Of a stretch of DNA of 64,000 nt, positions 20,588 to 32,297 are shown one piece after another. The first letter of the stretch is position 1. Each line of letters begins with the position of its first letter. The stretch covers positions 1 to 64,000 of the forward strand of contig CBDDEL010000017.1 in assembly GCA_965226885.1 (NCBI GenBank), read 5' to 3'. The notes under the pieces are model-generated. The model saw only the letters and a list, made by a program, of their open reading frames with translations. It made no database searches and had not been told where the DNA came from. This stretch comes from Opitutales bacterium. Its GTDB lineage: Bacteria; Verrucomicrobiota; Verrucomicrobiia; Opitutales; UBA2987. A program made the translations under genes and the position numbers.

Positions 20588-21622
20588 ATGCAGTTTGTTT
20601 TTACTCTTGAGGAAATCCTCGAAATTCTCGGGGAAGGGCAGACCGAAGGACAGATCGAAGGTAATATCGCCGGTATCGCTTCACTGGAGCAGGCCGAAAC
20701 TGGCGACCTTTCTTTTCTGGGCAACAGAAAATACCGCAAGGAGGTTCCCGACAGCCGCGCCTCGGTTATTCTTTTACCGGAGGATTATCAGGGAGCGCCC
20801 AGGGCCAGCCAGGTTTATTTGCGGGTTTCCGATCCTTCCAGCTCACTGGCCCGGATTTGCCATCGGATAGAAAAAGATAATTTGATCAGGCCGGTTTTGG
20901 GCATCCATCCCACCGCCGTTATCGACCCGGCCGCCGTTATCGACCCGACCGCCAGCATCGGCCCGCTCTGCGTTATAGAAGCGGGGGCGGTGATTGCCGC
21001 CGACACGATCCTGGAGAGCCATGTCTTTATCGGGAGAGAGGCCCAGTTGGGTCGCGATTGCTGGTTAAAACCGCAGGTTTCGGTGGCCTCGGGCTGCCTT
21101 GTCGGCGACAGGGTTCGGCTGCACTGCGGCGTTGTCGTCGGGTCAGATGGTTATGGTTACTCGACCGTGGAGGGGAAACATCGCAAACAACCCCAGGTGG
21201 GGCGGGTTGTTATTGAAAACGATGTCGAAATCGGAGCCAATTCTTGTGTCGATCGCGCCCGGTTTTCTGAAACCAGAATAGGCGAGGGCACAAAAATTGA
21301 TAATTTGGTGCAAATCGCCCATAATGTGATTATTGGGCGACACTGCCTGATCGTTTCCCAGGCGGGCATTTCGGGCAGTACGAGATTGGGTGATCATGCT
21401 ATTATTGGAGGGCAGGCCGGATTGGTGGGGCACATCCGCATTGGCAGCGGTTGCCGCATCGGCGCCCAGGCGGGAGTCAATTGTGACCTCGATCCCGATA
21501 GTTTTGTCACCGACACTCCAGCCTATGCCCATTTGCAATCTAGAAAAATAGAAATTCTGAAAAGACGACTGCCCGAGTTGTTTAAAAGGGTTGCCAAGCT
21601 AGATGAAATGATAAATGCCTGA
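20588..21622 (+). CDS. lpxD: UDP-3-O-acylglucosamine N-acyltransferase
   Basis: Hexapeptide repeats, GSDGYGY, KIDNLVQIAHNV. Confidence 0.95.
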   Translation: MQFVFTLEEILEILGEGQTEGQIEGNIAGIASLEQAETGDLSFLGNRKYRKEVPDSRASVILLPEDYQGAPRASQVYLRVSDPSSSLARICHRIEKDNLIRPVLGIHPTAVIDPAAVIDPTASIGPLCVIEAGAVIAADTILESHVFIGREAQLGRDCWLKPQVSVASGCLVGDRVRLHCGVVVGSDGYGYSTVEGKHRKQPQVGRVVIENDVEIGANSCVDRARFSETRIGEGTKIDNLVQIAHNVIIGRHCLIVSQAGISGSTRLGDHAIIGGQAGLVGHIRIGSGCRIGAQAGVNCDLDPDSFVTDTPAYAHLQSRKIEILKRRLPELFKRVAKLDEMINA

Positions 21623-21658
21623 CACACGTCCATGTTTGATGACTGTCTTTAAGCGATT

Positions 21659-22606
21659 ATGCAGGTAGGGGAACTTAAAATTTTTACCGGCCGGTCCAAT
21701 CCGGCCCTCGCCAAATCCATTTGCGACTATATAGGAACCCACCTGGGAGCAGCCACCGTGACCGATTTTCCCGATGGGGAAACCTTTGTCAAAATCGATG
21801 AAAATATCCGGGGCAAGGATGTCTTTATCCTGCAATCGACTGGTCCACCGGCCAACGATTATTTGATGGAATTGCTCATCATGATCGATGCCGCCCGGCG
21901 GGCTTCGGCCCAAAGAATCACTGCAGTGCTGCCTTTTTACGGCTATTCCCGACAGGACCGCAAGGACCAGCCGCGGGTACCCATCACGGCGAAACTGGTA
22001 GCCAATCTCCTGGTCACGGCGGGAGCCAACCGGGTTCTGACCATGGACCTGCATGCCCAGCAGATACAGGGATTTTTCGACATACCGGTTGATCACCTCT
22101 ACGCATCTCCCGTTTTTTACAATTATTTGCAGCAATTCCGGCATGAAGACCTGGTGGTCATCTCCCCAGATGTGGGCGGCATGAAAATGGCTGCCGCATA
22201 TGCTAATATGCTGAATTGCGGGCTGGGCTTTGTAGCTAAAAAAAGGACCAGCGCCACCACGGTGGAAGCCTCTAATCTTGTTGGAGATGTGGAGGGCAAA
22301 GAAGTGCTCATCCTGGATGATATTACGGGAACTGCTGGAACCCTGGTAGCGGCAGCCAAGTTATTGCGGGAACATGGGGCATCCGTTGTCAGAGCTGCGG
22401 TCACCCACAGCATTCTCAGCGATTTGGCCTACGAGCGTCTCAAAGAAGGCCCGCTGGACGAGTTGATCACCACGAACACGATCCCCGTGGAAACCCGCGG
22501 GCTTCCCATCACCGTGCTGAGCGTGGCCGATCTGCTGGGGCAGGCGATACTGCGTATCAACAGCCATGAAAGCATTACCAGCCTTTTTACCATCAAAGGC
22601 TTTTGA
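21659..22606 (+). CDS. prs: Ribose-phosphate pyrophosphokinase
   Basis: FPDGE, YSRQDRK, MDLHA.QIQGFF, SPDVGG. Confidence 0.96.
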   Translation: MQVGELKIFTGRSNPALAKSICDYIGTHLGAATVTDFPDGETFVKIDENIRGKDVFILQSTGPPANDYLMELLIMIDAARRASAQRITAVLPFYGYSRQDRKDQPRVPITAKLVANLLVTAGANRVLTMDLHAQQIQGFFDIPVDHLYASPVFYNYLQQFRHEDLVVISPDVGGMKMAAAYANMLNCGLGFVAKKRTSATTVEASNLVGDVEGKEVLILDDITGTAGTLVAAAKLLREHGASVVRAAVTHSILSDLAYERLKEGPLDELITTNTIPVETRGLPITVLSVADLLGQAILRINSHESITSLFTIKGF

Positions 22607-22723
22607 TGGGTAGTGTTTTTATAAATCAAATGATGATGGCAGAAGCGTTTATTGACGTTCAGCAAGGTGTTGCCAAAGAATCGGGGAACCCTCCCGCCAA
22701 TTGTCATGTCTCCGCCTTTCACA

Positions 22724-24235
22724 ATGCGTAAATCGATACTATCCCTGTTCTTGCTCTTGGCTCTTGGCCTTTATGCGGTGAGCTCGTTAACCGTTAAGGA
22801 GCGGCAAACTGCCAATGTTGCAAATGGCGGTCATTTTCTGCAGATTTCTGCGGATTTCCCTCTAGAGGAAGCGCCGGTCAACCGTTCCAACAAGGAACGG
22901 ATTGTCAGCTTTTCCGATGTTTTGCAGGATGTTACGCCCGCCGTGGTGGGTGTTTATCCTTCCCGGATCATCAAAGTTCGTGAAGGCCGCCGCTCCTCCA
23001 ATCCCCTGGAGGAAATGCTTCGGCGTTACTACGGACTGCCGATTCCTCAACAGGACGATGATGTAGAGCCGGAAGAGCGCAAGCTGCCACAGGGAATGGG
23101 GTCCGGCGTCATTATTTCGCCCGACGGTTATATTTTAACCAACCACCATGTCATTACCGATGATCGTGGCAATGTGGCCGACGAAATCGAGGTGCAGTTG
23201 AATGACGGAAACCGGTTTATCGCGGAAATTGTGGGTAAGGACGAACGGACCGATATTGCAGTGCTCAAGGTCGATGCGGAAGATTTGCCCTCCCTGGCCA
23301 TGGCCGACAGTGATAATTTGCAGGTGGGGGATATCGTTTTTGCCGTGGGCAACCCCCTCAGCGTCGGTTTAACCGTAACGATGGGTATTGTTTCGGCCAC
23401 CGGCCGTTCGGGGCTGCGCCTCCTCGGTCAGGGAGGATACGAGAATTTTATCCAAACTGACGCTTCCATCAATCCCGGAAATTCCGGCGGCGCCCTGGTC
23501 GATGCCGAAGGTCGGCTGATCGGCATCAATACAGCCATCATATCGCGCAGCGGGGGCAATATCGGGATAGGGTTTGCCATTCCCATAACGCTGGGGCGCA
23601 ACATCATGCTGAGCCTCATCGATTCCGGCGCCGTGCAGCGAGGCCTCCTCGGAGTGCGCATCAATGACATGACCCGGGAAATGGCCGAAGCGTTCAGTTA
23701 CGATGGTGTCGGCGGCGCTCTCGTCGAATCGGTCCAAGATGGATTACCGGCCTCCAATGCTGGCATCGAACGGGGTGACATTATCGTGGATATAGGCGGA
23801 AAAAAAATCGAAACCGCCAATGAACTTCGCCTCACGGTGGCCTCCATGCTACCCGGAACCTCTGTCACCGTAACGGTGGTAAGAGAAGGGGAAAAGCGAG
23901 CATTCGAAGTTGTTCTGAGCGATATGGAAAACCCCTACAGCTTTGCTTCGGGGACAGCCGCGGAACTTTTAAAAGGTGTTGTTCTGGAACCGCTCAGTTC
24001 ACGTTACCGGGAGGATTACAACATACCCAATCGCGTTGAAGGGCTGGTTGTGACCGATGTTAAAAGCCGCTCGCCCCATTCCAAATCCCTGCGGGAGGGA
24101 ATGATAATCATTGAGATTAACGATTATGCTGTGCGGGATCCTTCCGCCGTTGCCACCGCCTTGAGATCGGGCTCCAACAAACTCTGGACCTATGATCGCG
24201 GTTCCTTCGGCTATCAGGTAATCCGGGTCGAGTAA
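22724..24235 (+). CDS. degP: DegP/HtrA serine protease with PDZ domains
   Basis: LTNHHV, TDIAVL, IQTDASINPGNSGG. Confidence 0.92.
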   Translation: MRKSILSLFLLLALGLYAVSSLTVKERQTANVANGGHFLQISADFPLEEAPVNRSNKERIVSFSDVLQDVTPAVVGVYPSRIIKVREGRRSSNPLEEMLRRYYGLPIPQQDDDVEPEERKLPQGMGSGVIISPDGYILTNHHVITDDRGNVADEIEVQLNDGNRFIAEIVGKDERTDIAVLKVDAEDLPSLAMADSDNLQVGDIVFAVGNPLSVGLTVTMGIVSATGRSGLRLLGQGGYENFIQTDASINPGNSGGALVDAEGRLIGINTAIISRSGGNIGIGFAIPITLGRNIMLSLIDSGAVQRGLLGVRINDMTREMAEAFSYDGVGGALVESVQDGLPASNAGIERGDIIVDIGGKKIETANELRLTVASMLPGTSVTVTVVREGEKRAFEVVLSDMENPYSFASGTAAELLKGVVLEPLSSRYREDYNIPNRVEGLVVTDVKSRSPHSKSLREGMIIIEINDYAVRDPSAVATALRSGSNKLWTYDRGSFGYQVIRVE

Positions 24236-24247
24236 GGCCGCATTTTC

Positions 24248-24775
24248 CTAATCCCTTTCTGCCTCCAAATCCTCAACGGGACCAGAATTTTGTCGCTTTG
24301 ACAGCTTTTCTTGAATGGCTCGAAGTTCCGCTACCGTGAGGGCATCTTTAGGTCTATTGAGCGCGTTTTTCGACCGGATGATCCCTTCAAGTGAGAGGAT
24401 GCGGCAGCTACCTGCCGGGAGGGAAATCCGAATGCTCAACTGCTCGACTTCATCATAGGTCCCAATTCCTGTAACGACGCTCAAACAATCCAGTTGGCCC
24501 GCATCTGTGTCGAGATAGAGATTTTTGTAAGTTTCCAGATTTTTATCACTTTGCCGGAACGGTCTGCGGTCCAGCGACATGCGGTGCACCGGATGAAGAT
24601 CAGACATAGCGCTACAAATTTTTTCTAAATTCCGCACCGAGAACCGGCAGCAAATATCGATATCCTGGGTGAGCATCGAAGACCCGTGCGCCACTGCCGC
24701 AAAGCCGCCTATCAAAACAAAATCAACCTTCTCGCCGATAAGGCGATTGAGAAGAATCTCAAGGTCTGGCACCAC
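24248..24775 (-). CDS. Nucleotidyltransferase-fold protein (putative TA component)
   Basis: IGGFAAVAHG...TQDID (GG..DxD) and K....RPKD motifs. Confidence 0.75.
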   Translation of the reverse strand: MVPDLEILLNRLIGEKVDFVLIGGFAAVAHGSSMLTQDIDICCRFSVRNLEKICSAMSDLHPVHRMSLDRRPFRQSDKNLETYKNLYLDTDAGQLDCLSVVTGIGTYDEVEQLSIRISLPAGSCRILSLEGIIRSKNALNRPKDALTVAELRAIQEKLSKRQNSGPVEDLEAERD

Positions 24776-24959
24776 GATCTTTGACCGCCTTTGACAATGT
24801 CAAAGCCAACTGAAGTGCTTTATTGTGCCGTCGCATTCGTTCAACCGGAGAGAGCAGCAGGTTGCTCTCCGCAAGCGACAGGTCGATCCCGTATTCCCGG
24901 GCCGCCACCGCGGCCGGTCCGCAGCGTCTCTTCCTCAATACTTTCAACTCTTTCGACAC
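24759..24959 (-). CDS. Small hypothetical protein overlapping the NTase start (putative partner)
   Basis: GIDLSL.ESNL.LSPVER; 17-bp overlap with the downstream gene. Confidence 0.55.
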   Translation of the reverse strand: MSKELKVLRKRRCGPAAVAAREYGIDLSLAESNLLLSPVERMRRHNKALQLALTLSKAVKDRGARP

Positions 24960-24966
24960 AACCTGT

Positions 24967-24995
24967 AACTAATATCCAGGCCAGGCCGCTGTCAA
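24967..24995 (-). promoter_or_regulatory. Possible sigma70 promoter for the NTase pair (leaderless)
   Basis: TTGACA (24995-24990), 17-bp spacer, weak -10 TTAGTT, GTG start 7 nt later. Confidence 0.3.
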
Positions 24996-24999
24996 TCGT

Positions 25000-27876
25000 T
25001 CAGGAGTGTTGCTTTTGCCGCTCCTTATATTTGATAAGGCATTGGGAGGTGAGGGAGTTTTCCGCCTCAGCCAGGTTTTTGGCCGGACCCGCGTAGAGAA
25101 TGTGGCCCCCCGCTTCCCCGCCTCCGGGGCCGAGGTCGATCACCCAGTCTGCCAGTCGGATAATATCGAGATGGTGCTCGATTATTATGATGGTGTGGCC
25201 GCTGTCCCGCAATCGGAAGAGCAGGTCGAGCAGGTTCTGGATATCGGCCCAGTGCAGACCGGTAGTGGGCTCATCAAGTAGGTATAAAGCGCCGCCGTCG
25301 GAACGCTTGCTCAGTTCCAGAGAGAGCTTGATGCGTTGGGCCTCTCCCCCGGACAAGGTGTTGGAAGGCTGCCCCAGCCGCAGGTACCCAAGCCCGACGG
25401 CCTGCAAGGTCGATAGTATGGAAATGATTTTCGGTTGATGCCGGAACAGTTTGCAGGCTTCGTCCACCGTCATTTCGAGCGCTTCCGCTATATTGTAACC
25501 TTTAAAGCGCACCTCCAGGGTTTCCCGGTTGTAACGCTTCCCGCGGCAGCTCGGGCACTCCGAATAGACATCGGTCAAAAAGAGCATGTCGAGTTTAATG
25601 AGCCCATCCCCCTTGCACCGTTCGCAGCGGCCTCCACGCACGTTGAAGCTGAAGCGGCTGGCTTTGTAACCGCGCACTTTAGCCAAGGGGCTTTGGGCGA
25701 AGAGCTTTCGCAAAGGATCGAAAAGTTTGACGTAGGTGGCCGGATTGGAGCGCGGGCTGCGGCCGATCGGGCTCTGGTCCACGAGGATCATTTTTGTGAA
25801 TTGATCGAGCCCTTCCAGGGACCGGTGAGCGCCCGGCACCATCTTGGCCCGGTGCAATTTCAAGGCCGCCGTTTTGGCCAGTATTTCATTGACCAAAGTG
25901 CTCTTGCCGGAACCGGAAACTCCCGTCACGCAACTGAGGAGGCCGACCGGAAATTCCACGTCGATATCCTTGAGGTTGTGGCAGCGGGCGCCCCGAATGG
26001 TCAGCCACCGGCCTTTGGGCGAAAGGGTGAGGGCGTTTTTATCGACAGCCTCTGTCCCTTCAAGGTAAGGTCCAACAAGCGATCGAGGGCAATTACCGGC
26101 CTTAGTGGGGGGCCCCTCGTAAATAATTTCGCCTCCCTTCTGGCCTGCTCCCGGACCAAGCTCAATGAGGTGATCGGCCGCCCTGATGGTTTCCTCGTCG
26201 TGCTCCACCACAATGACCGCGTTGCCGCGATCCCGCAGGTCGGCGAGGGAGCGCAGCAGTCGGTCATTGTCGGCCGGATGCAGGCCTATGGTAGGTTCGT
26301 CGAGGACGTAGGCAACGCCCGTCAGGCCCATGCCCAACTGAGTGGCCAGGCGGGCTCTTTGCGCCTCGCCCCCGCTCAAGGTGGTGTATTGCCGATCCAG
26401 GGTGAGGTAGCCCAGGCCCATTTCATGCAGAAAATAAAGCCGCTCCCGAAGCCCGCTGAGCGCTTCATGGGCCTGGCCCGTATTGCGGTTATTTTTTTCG
26501 AGACGATGGGCAAACTTTCCCGCCTCCTCGATTGTCATGGCCATAAATCCTGGAAAATGGTGGCCTTTGAGGCGTACGGCTAAACTTTCCGGATTGAGCC
26601 GGCTACCCTTGCAGTCCGGGCAGCCTTGGCTGATTTGGTAGGCCATCAGGCGCGCTTTCAGTCCGTCGCTGGAAGTTGTGCGGCGGGTCTCCTCGAGTTC
26701 AGCCAGAATCCCGGTAAAGGGCATTAGCTCAGGTTTTTTGTTACCACCGGTTAGCTTGAAGCTGAAGAGCCGCTCTCCGGCCCCGTGGAGGAGAGTTCGA
26801 CGCACCTCATCATCAAGGTCTTTCCAGGGAATGGTGGGATCGAAAGGCAATTGGGCGGCGAGCTGTTTAAGGATGGCGTTTCGCTTGATGATCATTCGCC
26901 GGGAACCGATCCTCCACGGCTTAACGGCTCCTTTTTTGACTGCAAGATCGGGGTTGGGCACGACCAGGCTGGCGTCGAACTGCAACGTCCGGCCGATTCC
27001 TCCGCATTTTGAACAAGCCCCGGATGGATGGTTGTAGGAGAAAAATTTGGGCGTCACCGGTTCGTAAACCAACCCGCAATTAGAGCAGGCCAGGTGCTGG
27101 CTGACGGAGAATTCACGCCAGGGGCACTCCTTGTCGTCCTGAGCCAAGATGACGGCCCGGTCTTTCCCCTCGCGGAAAGCCAGTTCCAGGGAGTCGGCAA
27201 TACGGCTGCGCTGATCCGGCCCCAAGACGACGCGATCAATGACAATATCCACCATCCGTTGACCGGATTTGGGTTCAAGCATTTGAGCGTCATCCAGGCT
27301 TTTGATGACCCCATCGATGCGCACCCGTTGATATCCTCTCATTCGCATGCGTGGCAGTTCTTCCCGTAAAAGTGCGGTTTTTGCTTGCAGGGCGGGGGCG
27401 AGGATAACGAGGCGGGCGGCCTTCGGCTCGCGGAAAATCCGGTCGATGCAATCGTCCAGCGACCTTCGCTCAATGACCCCGCCGTCGATCGGGCAGAGGG
27501 CCTGCCCCTGCACAGACCAAAGCAGCCTGGCATAGTCGGCAATTTCCGTCACCGTGGCCACCGTGCTGCGCGGATTGGCCGCCCCTCCCGTGCGTTGCTC
27601 TATTGCGATAACAGGAGAAAGCCCGTGGATAAAATCCACCTCCGGCCTTTTTACCTGGTCGAGCAGCTGCCGGGCACGGGGTGAAAGGCTGTCCATATAT
27701 TTTCGATAACCCTCAGCGTAAAGGGTATCGAAAGCGAGGGAGGACTTACCGGACCCGCTGACCCCGGTAATGACGACCAACTGCTCGCGCGGGATGCGCA
27801 ACTCGATATTTTTCAAGTTGTGTTCGCGTCCACCCTTGATGTGGATAAAATCAGCTTTGCGCCTGCTTTTTTTCAT
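25000..27876 (-). CDS. uvrA: Excinuclease ABC subunit A
   Basis: Two GVSGSGKS Walker A motifs, LSGGEAQR x2, zinc fingers. Confidence 0.96.
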   Translation of the reverse strand: MKKSRRKADFIHIKGGREHNLKNIELRIPREQLVVITGVSGSGKSSLAFDTLYAEGYRKYMDSLSPRARQLLDQVKRPEVDFIHGLSPVIAIEQRTGGAANPRSTVATVTEIADYARLLWSVQGQALCPIDGGVIERRSLDDCIDRIFREPKAARLVILAPALQAKTALLREELPRMRMRGYQRVRIDGVIKSLDDAQMLEPKSGQRMVDIVIDRVVLGPDQRSRIADSLELAFREGKDRAVILAQDDKECPWREFSVSQHLACSNCGLVYEPVTPKFFSYNHPSGACSKCGGIGRTLQFDASLVVPNPDLAVKKGAVKPWRIGSRRMIIKRNAILKQLAAQLPFDPTIPWKDLDDEVRRTLLHGAGERLFSFKLTGGNKKPELMPFTGILAELEETRRTTSSDGLKARLMAYQISQGCPDCKGSRLNPESLAVRLKGHHFPGFMAMTIEEAGKFAHRLEKNNRNTGQAHEALSGLRERLYFLHEMGLGYLTLDRQYTTLSGGEAQRARLATQLGMGLTGVAYVLDEPTIGLHPADNDRLLRSLADLRDRGNAVIVVEHDEETIRAADHLIELGPGAGQKGGEIIYEGPPTKAGNCPRSLVGPYLEGTEAVDKNALTLSPKGRWLTIRGARCHNLKDIDVEFPVGLLSCVTGVSGSGKSTLVNEILAKTAALKLHRAKMVPGAHRSLEGLDQFTKMILVDQSPIGRSPRSNPATYVKLFDPLRKLFAQSPLAKVRGYKASRFSFNVRGGRCERCKGDGLIKLDMLFLTDVYSECPSCRGKRYNRETLEVRFKGYNIAEALEMTVDEACKLFRHQPKIISILSTLQAVGLGYLRLGQPSNTLSGGEAQRIKLSLELSKRSDGGALYLLDEPTTGLHWADIQNLLDLLFRLRDSGHTIIIIEHHLDIIRLADWVIDLGPGGGEAGGHILYAGPAKNLAEAENSLTSQCLIKYKERQKQHS

Positions 27877-28058
27877 TGATGGAGAAAAGGTCCCTATGGC
27901 CCTCATTGATAAATAAAATGTTTCAACTTAAAGAAGCGAGCTTTGACCAACGAAATTAACCGGTAAAAATCCGGGCAATGATCGATTCGAGTTGAATCTG
28001 AAATGATTTCCTTTATATTTTTAACAGAAAAAAGCATTTTGTCCGATTTAAGTTTTCC

Positions 28059-28346
28059 ATGAAGCTCAACGCAAAGCCCATACTTTATGTGAAAAGAGGC
28101 TGTTCCTGGTGCCGGGAAGCCCTCGGCTTCTTTTCCCAGCACGGCATCGAAATAGACGTGCGCGATGTCGGGATGCGCCCGCAAAACATGCAGCGCATGA
28201 TCGAGGTGAGCGGGCAATCCCTCACCCCCACGCTCGAGTTCGGCGAATTCGTGGTGGCCGACTTCAGTCTCGACGAATTGCATGATGAATTGGAGCAGAT
28301 GCCCGAAGTAAAAAAAGAGTGGGGCCTGGGCGTCGACGACGAATAA
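28059..28346 (+). CDS. Glutaredoxin-like (NrdH-type) protein
   Basis: CSWC active site, SGQ..TP. Confidence 0.8.
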   Translation: MKLNAKPILYVKRGCSWCREALGFFSQHGIEIDVRDVGMRPQNMQRMIEVSGQSLTPTLEFGEFVVADFSLDELHDELEQMPEVKKEWGLGVDDE

Positions 28347-28364
28347 GCTGTCAGGGGCGAAGAA

Positions 28365-28459
28365 CAATTCTTTGCTTCTAACATCCTCCACTTGGCATCA
28401 ATGGAGCCAACTCTTCCTTCTATGGCGGTGGAGTTGGCATCGGGAAAGCAAAGGAATTG
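28365..28459. ncRNA. Candidate structured intergenic element (three-stem fold)
   Basis: CAATTC-TTTGCTT/AAGCAAAGGAATTG outer stem, GCCAACTC/GAGTTGGC inner stem, TCCACTTG/CAATGGA side stem. Confidence 0.3.
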
Positions 28460-28494
28460 ACCTGCATTGAATAAACTGCAAACCTCACGGTGTA

Positions 28495-29643
28495 ATGTCC
28501 GATCATGGGGAAGGTTTTTTATTGGGTCCGGTTCAGCGCAAGGTTGTGGCGGCGGCGCTGTCTTTTTTGGCCGCCATCCTGATTGTTTCCTTGTCGCTGT
28601 TGGTGTTCTTCATTTTGCAGCGAGTGGTATCGTTTTTTTCCGGCGTTATCTGGCCTTTGGCGGTGGCGGGAATACTGGCCCTCATTCTTCAGCCTTTGGT
28701 GAAATGGCTGGAAAGGGTTTGCAAGCTGAGCCGGGTCGTTTCCATAATTGTGCTTTATGCGCTGGTTGTGCTGACCGGGAGCGGTCTTTTGGCCTTGGCG
28801 GCGCCAGCGGTGATTTCGCAATTGATGGATTTTGTGGCCTTGACGCCCGTTCTTTTGGACAATGCCAAGGTGTTTTTGGAGAACAGATTTCCCGATTTGC
28901 TGGAGAATTTTCGTTTCGAGTGGCTCAAGGAATATTTTGAAACTGTCCTGGAGAGACTTCGCCAGATGGCGGCTGTATCGCTGCCGGTCATTCGGGAGGC
29001 AGGGGTCTGGGTTTTCGGACTTTTCGGCGTTGCCGCAGCTGTAGCCATCGTGCCGATTTACCTTTTTTATTTTTTATTGACCGACCGGGATATTACCTGG
29101 GACCTGGAAAATGAAATGGATTTTCTAGGCCAAAAAATACGTCAAGATTTGCTCTTTCTAATGCGAGAGTTTGCCTCAATTCTGGTGGCTTTTTTCCGCG
29201 GCCAATTGTTGATCGGTGTGATCATGGGGGTTTTGCTGGCCTTTGGATTTACTCTTTGCGGATTAAAATTCGGTCTCCTGCTCGGTTTGGTGATCGGTAT
29301 TCTCAATATCATTCCTTATTTGGGAACAATTCTTGGATTGGCCACTGTCTTGCCTGTCGCTTTTTTTCAACCGCAGGGAGGATGGGCGCTGGTAGGTTTA
29401 GCCCTGGCGGTGTTTTTTGCCGTGCAGGTAATTGAGGGCTACCTCTTAACACCGAAAATCATGGGCAGACAAACGGGGCTTCACCCCCTGGCCGTCATCA
29501 TATCGATATTTTTCTGGGGAACGGCATTGAAGGGGCTGCTGGGAATGGTGCTGGCCATCCCATTAACCGCTTTTTTTATTATTGCCTGGCGTTTGCTGAA
29601 GCGAAAATATTTGACTCCGGCTCAAACTCAGCAACCGGCTTGA
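28495..29643 (+). CDS. AI-2E family transporter
   Basis: Multi-TM protein; FFRGQLL, IPYLG, PKIMG..TGLHP. Confidence 0.88.
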   Translation: MSDHGEGFLLGPVQRKVVAAALSFLAAILIVSLSLLVFFILQRVVSFFSGVIWPLAVAGILALILQPLVKWLERVCKLSRVVSIIVLYALVVLTGSGLLALAAPAVISQLMDFVALTPVLLDNAKVFLENRFPDLLENFRFEWLKEYFETVLERLRQMAAVSLPVIREAGVWVFGLFGVAAAVAIVPIYLFYFLLTDRDITWDLENEMDFLGQKIRQDLLFLMREFASILVAFFRGQLLIGVIMGVLLAFGFTLCGLKFGLLLGLVIGILNIIPYLGTILGLATVLPVAFFQPQGGWALVGLALAVFFAVQVIEGYLLTPKIMGRQTGLHPLAVIISIFFWGTALKGLLGMVLAIPLTAFFIIAWRLLKRKYLTPAQTQQPA

Positions 29644-29666
29644 ACGAAAATTCTCCGCTTGTTCAC

Positions 29667-30908
29667 TCACATATTCTCGATAATGGCGGTGGCGAAGGCC
29701 GAGCATTTCACTTCGGTTGGGTCGTCCATCAATCGGGCTAAATCGTAGGTTACGACTTTGGAGCTGATAGTGGTTTCTATTGCCGTGATGATGAGGTCAG
29801 CGGCCTCGTCCCAGCCGAGGTAGCGCAGCATTAATTCGCCCGAAAGAATGACGGAACCGGGATTTACTTTGTCCAGGCCGGTGTATTTGGGGGCGGTTCC
29901 GTGGGTGGCTTCAAAAATGGCGTGGCCGGTTTCGTAATTGATGTTGCCTCCGGGGGCGATGCCGATTCCGCCCACTTCCGCCGCCAGGGCGTCCGAAATG
30001 TAATCGCCGTTGAGGTTGAGCGTGGCGACCACATCGTATTCCGCCGGGCGGGTCAGGATTTGCTGTAGAAATGCATCGGCGATAACATCCTTGATGATGA
30101 TTCCGTTGGGCAAGCGACACCAGGGTCCGCCGTCGATTTCCTCTGCTCCAAATTCGGTCTTGGCCAATTCATAGCCCCAATCGCGAAAAGCGCCCTCGGT
30201 AAACTTCATGATGTTGCCCTTGTGGACGAAGGTAACGCTTTTGCGATTTTTTTTGATAGCGTAATTTATGGCAGCCCGCACGAGCCGGGTAGTTCCCTCC
30301 CGGGAAACGGGCTTGATTCCGAAACCGGCCGTATCGGGGAACCTTACTTTTTTGAAAAGTTCACCAAAATTTTCTTTCAGCAGAGCTTTAAATTTTTCCG
30401 CGTCTTCGGTGCCTTCACGGAATTCGATTCCGGCATAAATATCCTCCGTATTCTCACGAAAAATAACCATGTCCACGTTTTCCGGTTTTTTGACCGGGCT
30501 TTGCACTCCTCGAAAATAAGTGACCGGCCGCAGGCAGACGAACAAGTCCAGCTCCTGGCGGAGAGCCACATTCAAGGAGCGAATGCCCACGCCCACGGGA
30601 GTCGTTAGTGGACCCTTGATGCCGACCAGGTATTCCCGAAATGTGTCCAGTGTCTGCGTGGGAAGCCACTCCCCGGAGGCCTTGAATGACTTTTCACCGG
30701 CCTGCACTTCCAGCCAGTCGATTGACCGGTCGCCCGCGTAGGCTTTTTCCACCGCGGCATTGAAAACCCGTTGCGCCGCAGCCCAAATATCCGGGCCGAT
30801 GCCATCTCCCTCTATAAATGGGATGACCGGCCGATCGGGAACCTGGAGTTTCCCATTTTCAATCGCTATCTTTTCACCGGTTGTTTGGGTCTGCTGCATG
30901 TGGTTCAT
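29667..30908 (-). CDS. icd: NADP-dependent isocitrate dehydrogenase
   Basis: [35 protein letters not shown]. Confidence 0.96.
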   Translation of the reverse strand: MNHMQQTQTTGEKIAIENGKLQVPDRPVIPFIEGDGIGPDIWAAAQRVFNAAVEKAYAGDRSIDWLEVQAGEKSFKASGEWLPTQTLDTFREYLVGIKGPLTTPVGVGIRSLNVALRQELDLFVCLRPVTYFRGVQSPVKKPENVDMVIFRENTEDIYAGIEFREGTEDAEKFKALLKENFGELFKKVRFPDTAGFGIKPVSREGTTRLVRAAINYAIKKNRKSVTFVHKGNIMKFTEGAFRDWGYELAKTEFGAEEIDGGPWCRLPNGIIIKDVIADAFLQQILTRPAEYDVVATLNLNGDYISDALAAEVGGIGIAPGGNINYETGHAIFEATHGTAPKYTGLDKVNPGSVILSGELMLRYLGWDEAADLIITAIETTISSKVVTYDLARLMDDPTEVKCSAFATAIIENM

Positions 30909-30938
30909 GGAATTTTACTTATTTTCGTTTTGGAATTT

Positions 30939-32132
30939 TCAAGCCAGCTGCTGGCAAAATTTGTCGAGGCGATCAAGGCCTCTTTCAATAATGTCATCGG
31001 AGGTGGCGTAGCTCAGGCGCATATAATCGTCGTCGCCAAAGGCAATGCCGGGAACCACCGCAACCATCTCTTCTTCCAGTAAACGGGCAGAGAATTCGTT
31101 CGATTCAAGCTTGAATGAGGAGATGTTGGGAAACAAATAAAAAGCTCCTTGCGCTCGTTGGCAGGTAATGCCCGGGATTTTGCCGAGCCGCTCCAGCATG
31201 AAAAGTCTTCGCCGGTCGAAGGCGACCAGCATTTTGTTTACTTCCTGGGTTGCCAATTCCTCGTTTTCCATTGCCGCTAGCGCACCGAATTGGGCAAAAG
31301 TGGTTGCATTGGAGGTAGTGTGGCTTTGGATGCTGGATACGGCTTTGGCGATCTCCGTCCTCGCTACCAGAGTGCCCAGGCGCCACCCGGTCATGGAATA
31401 TGTCTTGCTGAATCCGCCAACCGTTATGGTGTGATCCGCGGCTTCCTTGCTGAAGCTGGCCGGGCTGTGGTGTGTGACTCCGTCGTAGAGCAGGTATTCG
31501 TAAATTTCGTCGGACATCAAGTATATATTCCGGCGCAGAATAACTTCCATGATCCCCTCCAGTTCCTCTCGGCTGTAAACGGCGCCGGTCGGGTTGGAAG
31601 GACTGTTGAGGATGAATAGCCGGGTGCGGTCGGTGATGGCAGCATCCAGTTGTTCCGGTGTAACCTTGAAACCGGAGGAATCATTAGCGGAAATTACTTT
31701 AGGCTCGGCTCCCACCAGTTTTATCATTTCCGGATAACTCACCCAGTATGGGGCCGCGATGAGGACTTCGTCACCGGGTCCGCAAACGGCATTTATAGCC
31801 AAGTGACAGGAATACTTCCCGCCGGGGCTGGTAACGATGTTTTCTGCCTTCAAACCCTCAATGCCGTTCACCGTGCGGTATTTCTCAGCCAGGGCTTCCC
31901 TCAGTTTGGGTAACCCCGGCGCGGGGAGGTATTTGGTATGGCCATCCCGAAGAGCTTTCAGGCAGGCTTCCTTGATGAAGTCGGGAGTATCGAAATCGGG
32001 TTCACCCGCTCCGAAACCGCAAATATCTTTGCCTTCCGCTTTTAACTCTTTGGCCCGCGCGGTAACGGCCAAAGTCGGAGAAGGAGTGATATTTTTTGCC
32101 CAAACAGACAATTTGATATTATTGGATCCCAT
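30939..32132 (-). CDS. aspC: Aspartate aminotransferase (class I/II PLP)
   Basis: [34 protein letters not shown]. Confidence 0.85.
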   Translation of the reverse strand: MGSNNIKLSVWAKNITPSPTLAVTARAKELKAEGKDICGFGAGEPDFDTPDFIKEACLKALRDGHTKYLPAPGLPKLREALAEKYRTVNGIEGLKAENIVTSPGGKYSCHLAINAVCGPGDEVLIAAPYWVSYPEMIKLVGAEPKVISANDSSGFKVTPEQLDAAITDRTRLFILNSPSNPTGAVYSREELEGIMEVILRRNIYLMSDEIYEYLLYDGVTHHSPASFSKEAADHTITVGGFSKTYSMTGWRLGTLVARTEIAKAVSSIQSHTTSNATTFAQFGALAAMENEELATQEVNKMLVAFDRRRLFMLERLGKIPGITCQRAQGAFYLFPNISSFKLESNEFSARLLEEEMVAVVPGIAFGDDDYMRLSYATSDDIIERGLDRLDKFCQQLA

Positions 32133-32297
32133 TTAATTGAAATTCCTTAGGTAGGTTGAAGGTGAGGAAAAATGAAAAGCCACGCACCATTGGCAACTGA
32201 AAAGCAATTGGCAATGGTAAATGATAAATTGTCCGGATCTTGTGAAACCGAAGTATTTCCAAGAGGGCGAAAAGAGGGCGAAAAGCCGGATTGAAGA

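Noticed and set aside
25435..26583. Long antisense ORFs (also 1290-2249, 16209-17171, 49357-50604)
   Set aside because: They lie opposite well-supported genes in GC-rich DNA and have no recognisable motifs
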